From an uncultured Deinococcaceae bacterium (GTDB lineage: Bacteria; Deinococcota; Deinococci; Deinococcales; Deinococcaceae), in assembly GCA_964252075.1 (NCBI GenBank), contig CAXULY010000016.1, forward strand, positions 47,689 to 111,688: a DNA stretch of 64,000 nt, read 5' to 3'. Numbering within the stretch: position 1 is the first letter of the stretch; every line of letters starts with the position of its first letter. The notes beneath the pieces are model-generated. The model was not told the DNA's origin. It saw nothing but the letters and a program-made list of their open reading frames with translations, and made no database searches. The position numbers and the translations under genes are program-made. This document shows positions 12,570 through 22,183 of this stretch, in pieces.

Positions 12570-14441
12570 TCAGATCTCGATGGGCACGTCCACGCCGAGT
12601 TCCGCGAGCACCGTGCGGATGGCGGGTGCGTCAATGCCGCTTCTCGCGTGCACGCGCTCCACGCTGGCGTGCTCCTGGAATTCGTCCGGGATGCCCAGCA
12701 CCCGCACGGGCGTGCGCAGGCCCAGGTCGCTGAGGGCTTCCAGCACCGCCGCGCCGAAGCCGCCCACCCGCGTGTTGTCCTCGACGGTCACGAGGGCGCG
12801 CGCGGAGGTGGCGACCTCGCGCAGCATCTTCAGGTCCAGCGGCTTCACGAAGCGGGCGTTCACGAGGCCCACGCCGGGCAGGTCCCGCACGGCCTCGCGC
12901 GCGTACTCCAGCGCCTTGCCGCCCGCCAGCACGACCACGTCGTCACCGTGCACGAGGCGCTCCCAGGTGCCCCACTCCAGCTCAGGCCACGTGCCCTCCG
13001 GCACGCGCGTGGTGTTCCCGCGCGGGTAGCGGATCGCGACGGGCCCTCCGAGCTTCCCGGCGGCCTTCAGCATGCCGCGCAGCTCGTACGCGTCCTTGGG
13101 CAGCCCGATGCGCACGCCGGGAATTTGGCGCATGAAGCTCAGGTCGAACACGCCGTTGTGCGTCGCGCCGTCCGCGCCGACCACGCCGCCGCGGTCCACC
13201 GCGAAGATCACGTCGAGGTCCTCGATGGCCACGTCGTGAATCACCTGGTCGAAGGCGCGCTGCAGGAAGGTGGAGTAGATCGCCACGATGGGCTTCATGC
13301 CTTGCAGCGCCATGCCCGCCCCGACCGTCACGGCGACGTCTTCCGCGATGCCCACGTCCAGGTAGCGTTTGGGGTGCGTCTGGCTGTACTTCACGAGGCC
13401 GGAGCCCTCGCGCATGGCGGGCGTGATGACGAAGGTGCGGGGGTCCTGCGCGGCGAGTTCGGTGGCGGCGTCCCCGAAGGCGGCGCTCCACGACACGCTG
13501 TTCTTGTCCGCGCCGCTGCTGGGGGCCTCGCCCGTCTCCGGGTCGAACTTGCCGGGGCCGTGCCACTTGATGGGGTCCGCCTCCGCGTAGGGGAGGCCCT
13601 TGCCCTTGGTGGTGACCACGTGCAGGATGGTGGGCCCGTCCAGCTCCGAGAGTTTCTCCATCAGGTACACCAGTTCGCGCAGGTTGTGGCCGTCCACGGG
13701 CCCCACGTAGCGCACGCCCATCGCCGCGAAGGGGTTCACGCTGGCGGGATCGAAGAAGTGCCGGGTGCTGTCCTTCGCCCGCCCGATAAAGTCCGCGAGC
13801 CGCCCGCTGAAGGCGCCCACGGCTTTCTTGCCGGCGCTCTCGGACTCCTGGAACCACTTCTGCACCTGCAAGGTCCGCATGAACTTCCCGACCGCGCCGA
13901 CGTTCTCGGAGATGCTCATCTCGTTGTCGTTCAGGACGATCAGCATCTTCTTCTGCGTGTACCCGATCTGGTTCAGCGCGGCGAGCGCCATGCCGCCCGT
14001 GAGGGCGCCGTCGCCGATCACGGCGGCCACCTGGTAGTCCTCGCCGAGGCTGTCGCGCGCGAAGGCCATGCCGAGCGCGTTCGCGAGGCTGGTGCTGGCG
14101 TGCCCGACCGTGATGGCGTCGTGCTCGCTCTCGCTCACCTTGGTGAAGCCCGAGAGGCCGCCTTCCTTCTTGATGGTCGCCATGAGGTCGCGGCGGCCCG
14201 TGAGCATCTTGTGCGCGTAGGCCTGGTGCCCCACGTCGAAGAGGATGCGGTCGCGCGGGGAGTTCAGCACGTAGTGCAGCGCCACGATGATCTCGACCGC
14301 GCCGAGGCTGGACGCGAGGTGCCCGCCGCCGAGGCTGCACACCCGCACGATCTCGTCGCGCAGTTCCTGCGCGAGCGCCGGAAGCTCCTCGCGCTTGAGT
14401 TGCTTCAGGTCCTGCGGTGATTGAATGCGGTCGAGCAGCAT
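12570..14441 (-). CDS. dxs: 1-deoxy-D-xylulose-5-phosphate synthase
   Basis: [52 protein letters not shown]. Confidence 0.97.
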   Translation of the reverse strand: MLLDRIQSPQDLKQLKREELPALAQELRDEIVRVCSLGGGHLASSLGAVEIIVALHYVLNSPRDRILFDVGHQAYAHKMLTGRRDLMATIKKEGGLSGFTKVSESEHDAITVGHASTSLANALGMAFARDSLGEDYQVAAVIGDGALTGGMALAALNQIGYTQKKMLIVLNDNEMSISENVGAVGKFMRTLQVQKWFQESESAGKKAVGAFSGRLADFIGRAKDSTRHFFDPASVNPFAAMGVRYVGPVDGHNLRELVYLMEKLSELDGPTILHVVTTKGKGLPYAEADPIKWHGPGKFDPETGEAPSSGADKNSVSWSAAFGDAATELAAQDPRTFVITPAMREGSGLVKYSQTHPKRYLDVGIAEDVAVTVGAGMALQGMKPIVAIYSTFLQRAFDQVIHDVAIEDLDVIFAVDRGGVVGADGATHNGVFDLSFMRQIPGVRIGLPKDAYELRGMLKAAGKLGGPVAIRYPRGNTTRVPEGTWPELEWGTWERLVHGDDVVVLAGGKALEYAREAVRDLPGVGLVNARFVKPLDLKMLREVATSARALVTVEDNTRVGGFGAAVLEALSDLGLRTPVRVLGIPDEFQEHASVERVHARSGIDAPAIRTVLAELGVDVPIEI

Positions 14442-14444
14442 GCC

Positions 14445-15101
14445 TTATTCCCCCTTGTAGTTCTTGCCGACCAGCAGCAGGCCCTCGGTGGTGCGCACGT
14501 CCCCCACGAAGGGCGTGAACCACGAGTCCTGGCTGGGCGGGAAGAGGCCGCCGAGGTCGTCGTTGATCTGGCGGTTCACGACCCACACCAGGTAGCTCTG
14601 GCTGTTCACGGTGATGCGCCGCTGGTCGGTGACGGTGTAGCGGTAGGTGGCGGTGCCGTCCTGCACCACCTTGCCGTCCTGAATGACCTGCACCTTGCTC
14701 TGGCCTTCCCAGGTGAGGCCGACCTTCCAGGCGTCCCGGGCGGGCGCCTCGCGCCACGGCGGGGTGAGGTTCACGGTGAGGCCGGGTTTCGTGAAGCCGT
14801 ACAGCAGGATGCCGGTGTCACTCACCTGCCGGTACCACGTCTGGTCCGCGCCGCGCCCGGTGAGGCGAAAGGCGCTGGCGGGCTGGTTCCCGAAGACCGT
14901 GGCGCCCAGCGCACTCAGCACGTACGGCGGCTGGTTCAGCTGGTCACCTTCGGGCACGTACGACCAGCTGAGTCCGCCCTGGTACGGGTAGAAACTCACG
15001 GCGTTCACGCTGGTGGTGGCGCTGGCGGTGCCAGGCGTCTGTGTGCGGGGCGCGCAGGCGGCGAGGGCCAGCGCGGCGGCGCACAGCAGGAGCTTGTTCA
15101 T
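14445..15101 (-). CDS. putative lipoprotein
   Basis: MNKLLLCAAALALAAC lipobox; beta-rich mature part. Confidence 0.8.
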   Translation of the reverse strand: MNKLLLCAAALALAACAPRTQTPGTASATTSVNAVSFYPYQGGLSWSYVPEGDQLNQPPYVLSALGATVFGNQPASAFRLTGRGADQTWYRQVSDTGILLYGFTKPGLTVNLTPPWREAPARDAWKVGLTWEGQSKVQVIQDGKVVQDGTATYRYTVTDQRRITVNSQSYLVWVVNRQINDDLGGLFPPSQDSWFTPFVGDVRTTEGLLLVGKNYKGE

Positions 15102-15181
15102 CACGGTTAGCTTAGGGCGCGCGTCTCGGGTCACACTGTTGCCTTTCCTGAAGTTTGCTGGTGGTGAGGGGCGGACGGGCT

Positions 15182-15586
15182 TCAGGCGTTGAGGTGGTCG
15201 GCGGGCGCGGCAAGCTGGCGGCTGAGGTCCGCGAGTTCGCTGTCGACCGCCTCTCGGCGCTCCCGCATCTCGAACAGCTGGTTCTGCAGGGCCTCCATGG
15301 CGCTCACGGGCAGCTCGGCGGTGCGGCCACTCACCTGAATGCGGGCCAGCAGGGCGCTGCCCTCCCGCGCGAGGGTGTACGCCTGCTCCAGCAGCGCGCG
15401 GCGTTGCGGGTCGCGCGCGCCCGGGGTGTTCTGCAGCGCCTCGAAGCGCTCCCGGTAGGGGCTCAGCAGGGCGTTCAGGTCGTAGGCCGGCGGGGTGGGC
15501 GCGGCGTCCGGCTTGCGGGTGCGCCAGATGAGCCACAACCCGACCGCGACGAGCAGCAGCAGGGCAATCACGGTGACTGTGGCCAT
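15182..15586 (-). CDS. membrane-anchored coiled-coil hypothetical protein
   Basis: N-terminal TM then helical region; TAGACT 6 nt upstream of ATG. Confidence 0.7.
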   Translation of the reverse strand: MATVTVIALLLLVAVGLWLIWRTRKPDAAPTPPAYDLNALLSPYRERFEALQNTPGARDPQRRALLEQAYTLAREGSALLARIQVSGRTAELPVSAMEALQNQLFEMRERREAVDSELADLSRQLAAPADHLNA

Positions 15587-15660
15587 GCCCGCAGTCTAGC
15601 CCAAGGGGCGCGCCGGCCCAGGGGCGTTTCGTCCCCGTGACCGGCGCGCGGCGTGGCGCT

Positions 15661-16335
15661 TCAGCTACCCTGCTCGCCCTGCACCTTGGCCTTGAGCGCC
15701 GCGAGTTCGTCGTCAATGGCGCGGTCGCGGCCCAGCTTGCTGAGCTGCGCGTCCAGGTCGCCGTCCTCGCGGAGGTCGCGCATGGCGCCCGCCTTGTCCT
15801 CCATGGCGCTCACCTTGCGTTCCATGTCCTCGAAGGCGTTCATGGCGCCGCCGGACTTGTCGAAGCCGGACATGCGCTCCATGGTCTGGCTGGCCTGCGC
15901 GGTCTTCTGGCGGGCCTGCAGCAGTTCCTTCTTGGATTCCATCTCGTCGATCTTCGCTTCGAGGGCGCGCAGCTGGGTTTTCAGCTGGTCCACCATGCTG
16001 CTCTGCTGCGCGAGCTGCGCGTCGAAGCCCGCCGCGAGGTCCTGGTGGTTCTTCTTGCGGCGCAGCGCTTCGCGCGCGAGGTCCTCGCTGCCCGCGCGCA
16101 GGGCGTCCTCGGCTTTGGTGCCGTACTCCTGCGCGAGCCTGCGGTTGGTGTCGGCCTCGCGCTGCAGTTTGCTCTGCTGCGCCATGGAGTCCGCGACCTC
16201 GCTGCGCGCCTGCGTGTAGGCGTCGCGCATGTCGCGCAGGCTCTGCTCGATGATCTTGCCGGGGTCCTCGGCTTTGGAGATCAGGTCGTTCACGTTGGCG
16301 CGGATCAGGCGGGAGAGGCGATCGAGAATGCTCAT
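15661..16335 (-). CDS. pspA: PspA/IM30 family protein
   Basis: MSILDRLSRLIRANVNDLISKAEDP, EDLAREAL; AAGGAGG RBS. Confidence 0.92.
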   Translation of the reverse strand: MSILDRLSRLIRANVNDLISKAEDPGKIIEQSLRDMRDAYTQARSEVADSMAQQSKLQREADTNRRLAQEYGTKAEDALRAGSEDLAREALRRKKNHQDLAAGFDAQLAQQSSMVDQLKTQLRALEAKIDEMESKKELLQARQKTAQASQTMERMSGFDKSGGAMNAFEDMERKVSAMEDKAGAMRDLREDGDLDAQLSKLGRDRAIDDELAALKAKVQGEQGS

Positions 16336-16418
16336 GGGTTCCTCCTTCGGGGCGGTGACCCCTTTTGCCTCACACTACGCCGCAGGGTCGTGAAAGGTTC
16401 CTGGGCTGGGTGGGTTGA

Positions 16419-16478
16419 TTGACGTCACGTGTGGGTCCGGTTAATATTTGGCATGCAAATCGTTGGGTTGCAAACCAA
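16419..16478 (+). promoter_or_regulatory. sigma70-type promoter with two tandem imperfect palindromes, probable MarR operator
   Basis: TTGACG(16419)-17 bp-TAATAT(16442); ATTTGGCATGCAAAT (16446-16460) and TTGGGTTGCAAACCAA (16463-16478). Confidence 0.65.
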
Positions 16479-16928
16479 ATGAGCGCGCCATCCCCCGAGC
16501 CACTGGAGGGCTGCCTCAGCTTCCTGCTGGGCAAGGCCTACGGCCGCGTGCAGGCCGACTTCAAACGGCTGCTCGCCCCCCACGGCGTCACGCCCGCCCA
16601 GTACGCCGCCCTGAAGGCCCTGTGGGACGGGGACGGCGTGCCCTCCGCCGCCCTCGTGGAGCGCCTGATGCTGGACCCCGCCACCGTGAGCGGCCTGCTG
16701 GACCGGCTGGAAGCGGGCGGCCTGCTGCGCCGCGCGCCCGACCCGCACGACCGCCGCGCCCAGCAGCTGTGGCTCACCCCCGAGGGCCGCGCCCTGCGGG
16801 GCCCCCTCGAAGCGGTGCAGGCGCAGGTGAACGCCAGCGTCCTCGCGCACCTGAGCGCCCCCGACGCGCAGCACTTCAAGGCGGTGCTGGCGCAGCTCGG
16901 CGGCGTGCGCCCGCAGGTGCCCGCATGA
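16479..16928 (+). CDS. MarR family transcriptional regulator
   Basis: GVTPAQY, ATVSGLLDRLEAGGLLRRAPDPHDRR, LTPEG. Confidence 0.92.
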   Translation: MSAPSPEPLEGCLSFLLGKAYGRVQADFKRLLAPHGVTPAQYAALKALWDGDGVPSAALVERLMLDPATVSGLLDRLEAGGLLRRAPDPHDRRAQQLWLTPEGRALRGPLEAVQAQVNASVLAHLSAPDAQHFKAVLAQLGGVRPQVPA

Positions 16929-17344
16929 GCGAACCCACCTTCGACACCAAGGTCGCGGTCGTGCTGCGCGACGACCTCGCCACGTGGCAGAAACTGAACG
17001 TCACGGCCTTCATGGCGACCGGCATCGCGGGCGCGCACCCCGAACTGATCGGTGAGCCCTACGAGGACGCCAGCGGCCAGCGCTACCTGCCGCTCCTCGT
17101 GCAGCCGGTGCTGGTCTTCCAGGCGCAGGCCGCGCAGCTCGCCACCGCCCTGCAGCGCGCCCGTGCGCGCGACGTGACGTGCGCCGTGTACACCGAGGAC
17201 ATGTTCCGCACCGGCAACGACGCCGACAACCGCGCCGCCGTGCGCGCCGTCCCGGAAGGCGCCCTGCCGCTCGTCGGGCTGGCCCTGCGCGCCGACCGCC
17301 GCGTGGTGGACAAGGTCCTCAAGGGCCTGAGCCTGCACCCATGA
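16925..17344 (+). CDS. DUF2000 family protein
   Basis: FDTKVAVVLRDDLATWQKLNVTAF signature; ATGA overlap with marR. Confidence 0.75.
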   Translation: MSEPTFDTKVAVVLRDDLATWQKLNVTAFMATGIAGAHPELIGEPYEDASGQRYLPLLVQPVLVFQAQAAQLATALQRARARDVTCAVYTEDMFRTGNDADNRAAVRAVPEGALPLVGLALRADRRVVDKVLKGLSLHP

Positions 17345-17355
17345 GGAGACCCGAG

Positions 17356-18597
17356 ATGACGAAAACCGCGCGCCCACCCCTCTACTACGGCTGGATCGTG
17401 ACGGGGGTGGTGGGCCTCGTGCTGCTCATCGCGGCGGGAGGCCGCAGCGCGCCCGGCGTGTTCCTGGTGCCCATGCAGGAACTCGGGTGGCCCATCAGCA
17501 CCCTCTCCGCCGCCGTGAGTCTGGGCCTCCTGATGTTCGGCCTGGGCGGCCCCCTCTCCGGCTGGCTGATGGACCGCTACGGGCCGCGCCGCGTGACCCT
17601 CGCGGGCCTCGCCGTCGTGGCGGTCGCGTACGCGCTCAGCAGCGTCATTCACGCGCAGTGGCAGCTGTACCTGTTCTGGGGCCTGCTGAGCGGCATCGGC
17701 ACGGGCGTCATCGGGAGCGTGCTGGGCGCCACCGTCGCCGCGCGCTGGTTCGTGCGCCAGCGCGGCCTCGTCACGGGCATCTTCGGCGCCGCCACCAGCG
17801 CCGGGCAGCTCATGTTCATTCCGCTCCTGACGGCCCTCGCCGCCGGGCCCGGCTGGCGCGCCAGCAGCCTCGGCATCGCGGCGCTCGCGCTCGTGCTGGT
17901 GGTGCCCGTGTGGTTCCTGCTGCGCGACGCGCCCGCCGACCTGGGCCTCGCGCCGGACGGCGACCCAGGGGCGAGCGCCGCGAAACCCCCCGCTCCCGAG
18001 GCGGGCGTCATGCGCCGCGCGCTGCGCTCTCGCGACTTCTGGCTGCTCGCGGGCACCTTCTTCGTGTGCGGCGCGACCAGCAACGGCCTGATCGGCACGC
18101 ACTTCATCAAGTTCTGCACCGACGCGGGCCTCACCGCCGGGTACGCGGCCGGCACGCTCGCCCTGATGGGTGCGTTCAACTTCGTGGGCACCGTCGCGAG
18201 CGGCTGGCTCACCGACCGCTTCGACCCGCGCGCCCTGCTCGGCTGCTACTACGCCTTCCGCGGCGTGAGTCTGCTGCTGCTGCTGTTCATCCCGCCCGGC
18301 CCGGGCCTCGTGGCGTTCGCGGTGCTGTTCGGCCTGGATTACATCGCGACCGTGCCGCCCACCACCGCCCTCGTCGCGGACCGCTTCGGGCGGCAGAACC
18401 TCGGCACGGTGTACGGCTGGGTGTTCTGCGCGCATCAGGTGGGCGCGGCGCTGGGCTCCTGGCTGGGCGGCGTGGCGCGCGAGGACCTCGGCGGGTACGG
18501 CGCGGCCTTCGTCGCGGCGGGCGTCCTGGCCGTGGCGGGCGCCGTGCTGGCCCAGGGCGTCGGGCGACCCCTGAAGGCGGCGCCCGCCGGAGACTGA
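17356..18597 (+). CDS. MFS transporter
   Basis: YYGW, GWLMDRYGPR, SGWLTDRFDPR; about 12 TMs. Confidence 0.9.
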   Translation: MTKTARPPLYYGWIVTGVVGLVLLIAAGGRSAPGVFLVPMQELGWPISTLSAAVSLGLLMFGLGGPLSGWLMDRYGPRRVTLAGLAVVAVAYALSSVIHAQWQLYLFWGLLSGIGTGVIGSVLGATVAARWFVRQRGLVTGIFGAATSAGQLMFIPLLTALAAGPGWRASSLGIAALALVLVVPVWFLLRDAPADLGLAPDGDPGASAAKPPAPEAGVMRRALRSRDFWLLAGTFFVCGATSNGLIGTHFIKFCTDAGLTAGYAAGTLALMGAFNFVGTVASGWLTDRFDPRALLGCYYAFRGVSLLLLLFIPPGPGLVAFAVLFGLDYIATVPPTTALVADRFGRQNLGTVYGWVFCAHQVGAALGSWLGGVAREDLGGYGAAFVAAGVLAVAGAVLAQGVGRPLKAAPAGD

Positions 18598-18611
18598 CGT
18601 TCCAGAAGGAA

Positions 18612-18640
18612 GCGGGGGCCGGGCTCAGCCCGGCCCCCGC
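18612..18640. terminator. hairpin between convergent genes
   Basis: GCGGGGGCCGGGC-tca-GCCCGGCCCCCGC. Confidence 0.65.
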
Positions 18641-18643
18641 CGT

Positions 18644-19708
18644 TCACCGCCAGGCGCGCTCGTACTGCTTCGGCGCCCCCACCGCGTCCCCCAGCTCACG
18701 CGCGGCGCGCTGCGGCCAGTGCGGGTCGCGCAGCAACTCCCGCGCCAGCGCCACGAGGTCCGCCTGCCCGCCCGCGACGATCGCCTCGGCCTGCTGCGGC
18801 TCCGTGATGAGGCCCACCGCCATGCTCGCGATGCTCGCCTCCGACCGCACGCACGCCGCGAACGCCACCTGGTACCCCGGCGTCACCTGAATCTGCTGCT
18901 CCGGGCTCAGGCCACCACTCGAGACGTCAATGAGGTCCACGCCCTCCGCGCGCAGCAGGCGCGAGAACTCAACGGTCTGCGCGACGTCCCAGCCGCCCGA
19001 CACCCAGTCCGTCGCGCTCAGGCGCACCAGCAGCGGGCGGTGCCCCGGCCACGCCTCACGCACCGCCCGCACGACCTCCAGCGGGAACCGCGCGCGGTTC
19101 TCGAAGCTGCCACCGTACTCGTCCTCGCGCAGGTTCGACAGTGGCGACAGGAACTGATGCAGCAGGTACCCGTGCGCCGCGTGAATCTCCACGGTGTCCA
19201 TGCCCGCCATCACCGCGCGGGCGGTGGCGGCGCGGAAGTCCTGAACGACCTTCGCCATGTCCTCGGCGGTCATCGCGCGCGGCTGCGGGTACTGCTCGTT
19301 GTACGGCGCGTCCGAAGGCCCCACCACCTCCCAGCCGCCCGCCTCCAGCGGCACCGCGCCGTGACCGCGCCACGGCGCGTACGTGCTGGCCTTGCGGCCC
19401 GCGTGCGCCAGCTGCGCGCCGATCAGCGCGCCGTGACCATGTATGAAATCCGTGATCTCCGCGAGCGCCGTGATGTGCTCGTCCCGCCACAACCCCAGGT
19501 CCTCCGGGCTGATGCGCGCCTCCGGGCTCACGGCGGTCGCCTCTGTCAGGATGAGGCCCGCGCCGCCCATCGCGAGGCCGCCCAGGTGCGCGAGGTGAAA
19601 CTCGTTCGCGAAGCCGTTCTCGCTGCTGTACATGCACATGGGGGAGACCACCACGCGGTTCTTGAAGGTCAGGTCGCGCAGCTTGAAGGGCGAGAAGAGT
19701 TCACTCAT
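18644..19708 (-). CDS. NADH:flavin oxidoreductase (old yellow enzyme, YqjM/NamA type)
   Basis: NRVVVSPMCMYS, QLAHAGRKAS, EIHAAHGYLLHQFLSP, YGGSFENRARF. Confidence 0.92.
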   Translation of the reverse strand: MSELFSPFKLRDLTFKNRVVVSPMCMYSSENGFANEFHLAHLGGLAMGGAGLILTEATAVSPEARISPEDLGLWRDEHITALAEITDFIHGHGALIGAQLAHAGRKASTYAPWRGHGAVPLEAGGWEVVGPSDAPYNEQYPQPRAMTAEDMAKVVQDFRAATARAVMAGMDTVEIHAAHGYLLHQFLSPLSNLREDEYGGSFENRARFPLEVVRAVREAWPGHRPLLVRLSATDWVSGGWDVAQTVEFSRLLRAEGVDLIDVSSGGLSPEQQIQVTPGYQVAFAACVRSEASIASMAVGLITEPQQAEAIVAGGQADLVALARELLRDPHWPQRAARELGDAVGAPKQYERAWR

Positions 19709-20154
19709 GCAAAAACTGTGGCGGTCCGTGAGGCCCGCGCGCCGGGTCCGCGCTCACCTTTGCTCAGGCCGCGCGGATTCCGGTTGGCGTGCAGGCGCCC
19801 GTTCATCCGCGACCGCAGGGCCCACGCCGCGCCGTCAGGCGTCCTGCAGGTGATGAGCATCGCGCCATGATGAGAGAGGCCATGAACCGCTGCAACCGCC
19901 CCGATCCACGCGCGCAAGGGGAGCGGACGAGCCCCTCCGGCCGCCATTCCAGCCCCGCTGAGGACTGGGTCTACCTGTACGGTGGTCATGATGGCCTTCA
20001 TGCAGCTGGGAAGCGCGTCACGCCGCGCCTGGGCAGTCTTCAGTGGGCCACCCGTGACAACTCTGGGTGGGTTCGCAATGCTTTCCAGAACTCACCGCGC
20101 GGGAGGCTAGACAAGCTGGGTGGTCGCTCAGCACGCCCCGCCTATCCTCGGGTC

Positions 20155-20199
20155 ATGTTCAGCATGAGCGCGTGGTGGTGGCCCAGCCTGCCTGGGTGA
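20155..20199 (+). CDS. trpL: trp operon leader peptide MFSMSAWWWPSLPG
   Basis: Three tandem TGG codons, stop 86 nt upstream of trpE; TATCCT -10 box 6 nt before ATG; alternative start 20164. Confidence 0.85.
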   Translation: MFSMSAWWWPSLPG

Positions 20200-20254
20200 C
20201 CCTCCGCGTGCTGTTCCCGCTGCGACCCAGGTGCAACCCCACCTGGGTCGTTTT
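20182..20254 (+). promoter_or_regulatory. transcription attenuator (antiterminator/terminator) of the trp operon
   Basis: Terminator CGACCCAGGTG-caaccc-CACCTGGGTCG-TTTT (20223-20254); CCTGGGT (20191-20197) can pair with ACCCAGG (20225-20231) or with CCCAG (20182-20186). Confidence 0.8.
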
Positions 20255-20285
20255 CGCGTTGTCCCCAGTTAGGAGCCGTGAACGC

Positions 20286-21716
20286 ATGACCACCGAACCC
20301 ACACAACTGCCCCGCACCACGCCCGCCCTCAGCGTCCGGGAACTCATCGCGGACCTCGACACGCCCGTCACCGCGTACCTCAAGGTCGCGCGGCCCGGCC
20401 AGCCCAGCTTCCTGCTGGAGTCCGTGGAGGGCGGCGAGCGTCAGGCGCGCTACTCCTTCATCGGGGTGGGGGAGCAGGGCCGCTTCTCGTACCGGGGCGG
20501 CACGGTGCGCCTCAGCGGGGTGTTCGGGAACGGCGAGGAAGCCACCGCCGACCCCCTCTCGCTGCTGTACCAGCGCACCGTGCGGCCCGTGCACGCCCCC
20601 GCGCACCTGCCCGCCTTCGTGGGCGGCGCGGTCGGGTACGCCGCCTACGACCTCATCCGCGCGTACGAACGGCTCCCCGAGACGAACCCCGACGAGCTGA
20701 ACCTCCCGGACGCCCTCTTCATCGTGCCCGAGGGCATGGTGGTGTTTGACCACCTCAAGCACCGCCTGTACGCCGTCGCGACCGCCCCGGACCCCGCGCG
20801 CGCCGAGGCGACCGTGGAGTGCCTCGTGCAGCAACTGCGCGGCCCGCTGCCCGAGGTGCCCGGCAGCCAGCCCGGCAGCCCGCCGCAGTTCACCAGCAAC
20901 TTCACGCGCGAGGCCTTCCTGCAGGCCGTCGAGACGTGCCTGGAGTACATCCGCGCGGGTGACATCTTCCAGGTGGTGCCGGGGCAGCGCTTCACGTCGC
21001 CCCTCACGGTGGAGCCCTTCGCGGTGTACCGCGCCCTGCGCGGCCTGAACCCCAGCCCCTACCTGGGTTACCTGGACCTCGGGGAGGTCACGCTGGTCGC
21101 CAGCAGCCCCGAGAGCCTCCTGCGGAGTGACGGGCGTCAGATCGTAACGCGCCCCATCGCGGGCACGCGACGCCGCGGCGCCACGCCCGAGGAGGACCGC
21201 GCCCTCGCAACGGAACTGCTCGCGGACGAGAAGGAGCGCGCCGAGCACCTCATGCTGGTGGACCTGGGCCGCAACGACATCGGGCGCGTCGCGCGCTACG
21301 GTAGCGTGCAGGTCGAGGACGCCTTCACCATCGAGCGCTACAGCCACGTGATGCACATCGTGTCCGGCGTGCGCGGCGAACTGAAAGACGGCCTCACGCC
21401 CCTGCACGCGCTCGCCAGCACCCTCCCGATGGGCACGGTGTCCGGCGCGCCCAAGATCCGCGCGATGGAGATCATCGAGGAGGTGGAGCCCACGCGGCGC
21501 GGGCCGTACGGCGGCGCCTTCGGGTACATCGCGTACGACGGCAGCCTCGACATGGCCCTCACCCTGCGCACCATGGTGATCGCGGACGGGCAGGTGCACA
21601 TCCAGGCGGGCGGCGGCGTGGTGGCCGACAGCGACCCTGAAGCGGAGTACCAGGAGAGCATCAACAAGGCGGCGGCGCTGAAGAAAGCCGTCGAGCTGGC
21701 CGCGGAGGGCCTGTGA
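20286..21716 (+). CDS. trpE: anthranilate synthase component I
   Basis: LLESVEGGE..ARYSFIG, GDIFQVV, NPSPY, SSPE, IAGTRRRG, KERAEHLMLVDLGRND, GTVSGAPKIRAM. Confidence 0.97.
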   Translation: MTTEPTQLPRTTPALSVRELIADLDTPVTAYLKVARPGQPSFLLESVEGGERQARYSFIGVGEQGRFSYRGGTVRLSGVFGNGEEATADPLSLLYQRTVRPVHAPAHLPAFVGGAVGYAAYDLIRAYERLPETNPDELNLPDALFIVPEGMVVFDHLKHRLYAVATAPDPARAEATVECLVQQLRGPLPEVPGSQPGSPPQFTSNFTREAFLQAVETCLEYIRAGDIFQVVPGQRFTSPLTVEPFAVYRALRGLNPSPYLGYLDLGEVTLVASSPESLLRSDGRQIVTRPIAGTRRRGATPEEDRALATELLADEKERAEHLMLVDLGRNDIGRVARYGSVQVEDAFTIERYSHVMHIVSGVRGELKDGLTPLHALASTLPMGTVSGAPKIRAMEIIEEVEPTRRGPYGGAFGYIAYDGSLDMALTLRTMVIADGQVHIQAGGGVVADSDPEAEYQESINKAAALKKAVELAAEGL

Positions 21717-22183
21717 GCAAAATTGCGCCCCTCACGCCCGCGGACCTGCCGGACCTGCTGGCCCTGCAGCGCCTCGCCTTCCGGACTGAGGCGCCCCTGT
21801 ATCCTGGCGCGCACATCCCAGCGCTGGAGGAGGGCCTGGACGACCTGCGGGGCGACTGCGTCTCCCGCACGGTGCTGGGTGTGCGTGAGGACGGTCGGCT
21901 GATCGGCAGCGTGCGCGGGCATGTGGCGAACGGCGTGGGCCACATCGAGCGCCTGGTCGTCCACCCGGATGCGCGCGGACGTGGCCTCGCGCGGCAGCTC
22001 ATGGCGGCCATTGAGGCGGCGCTCGGTACCCCCACCCTGCAGCTCTTCACGGGCGCGCGCAGCGACGGGAACCTCCACCTGTACGCCGCCCTTGGTTACA
22101 CGGAATCTGGCACCAGCGAGCGCGGCGGCATCCCGTTCGTGCACCTGCGCAAAGAGCGCGTTGCGACATCGGTGGGCTGCTGA
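21713..22183 (+). CDS. GNAT family N-acetyltransferase
   Basis: LVVHPDARGRGLARQLM motif A, NLHLYAALGY; GTGA overlap with trpE stop. Confidence 0.88.
   Translation: MSKIAPLTPADLPDLLALQRLAFRTEAPLYPGAHIPALEEGLDDLRGDCVSRTVLGVREDGRLIGSVRGHVANGVGHIERLVVHPDARGRGLARQLMAAIEAALGTPTLQLFTGARSDGNLHLYAALGYTESGTSERGGIPFVHLRKERVATSVGC

Noticed and set aside
12648..14420. Long antisense or alternate-frame ORFs (e.g. 2484-4274, 3466-5538, 12648-14420, 38786-40474, 54378-55967, 56001-58721)
   Set aside because: Shadow ORFs expected in high-GC DNA overlapping well-supported genes; Arg/Ala/Gly-rich with no recognisable motifs
20040..20140. T-box riboswitch upstream of trpE
   Set aside because: GGGTGG occurs but no full T-box sequence (AAGGGTGGNACCGCG-like) is positioned with the terminator; the Trp-codon leader peptide explains the attenuator better
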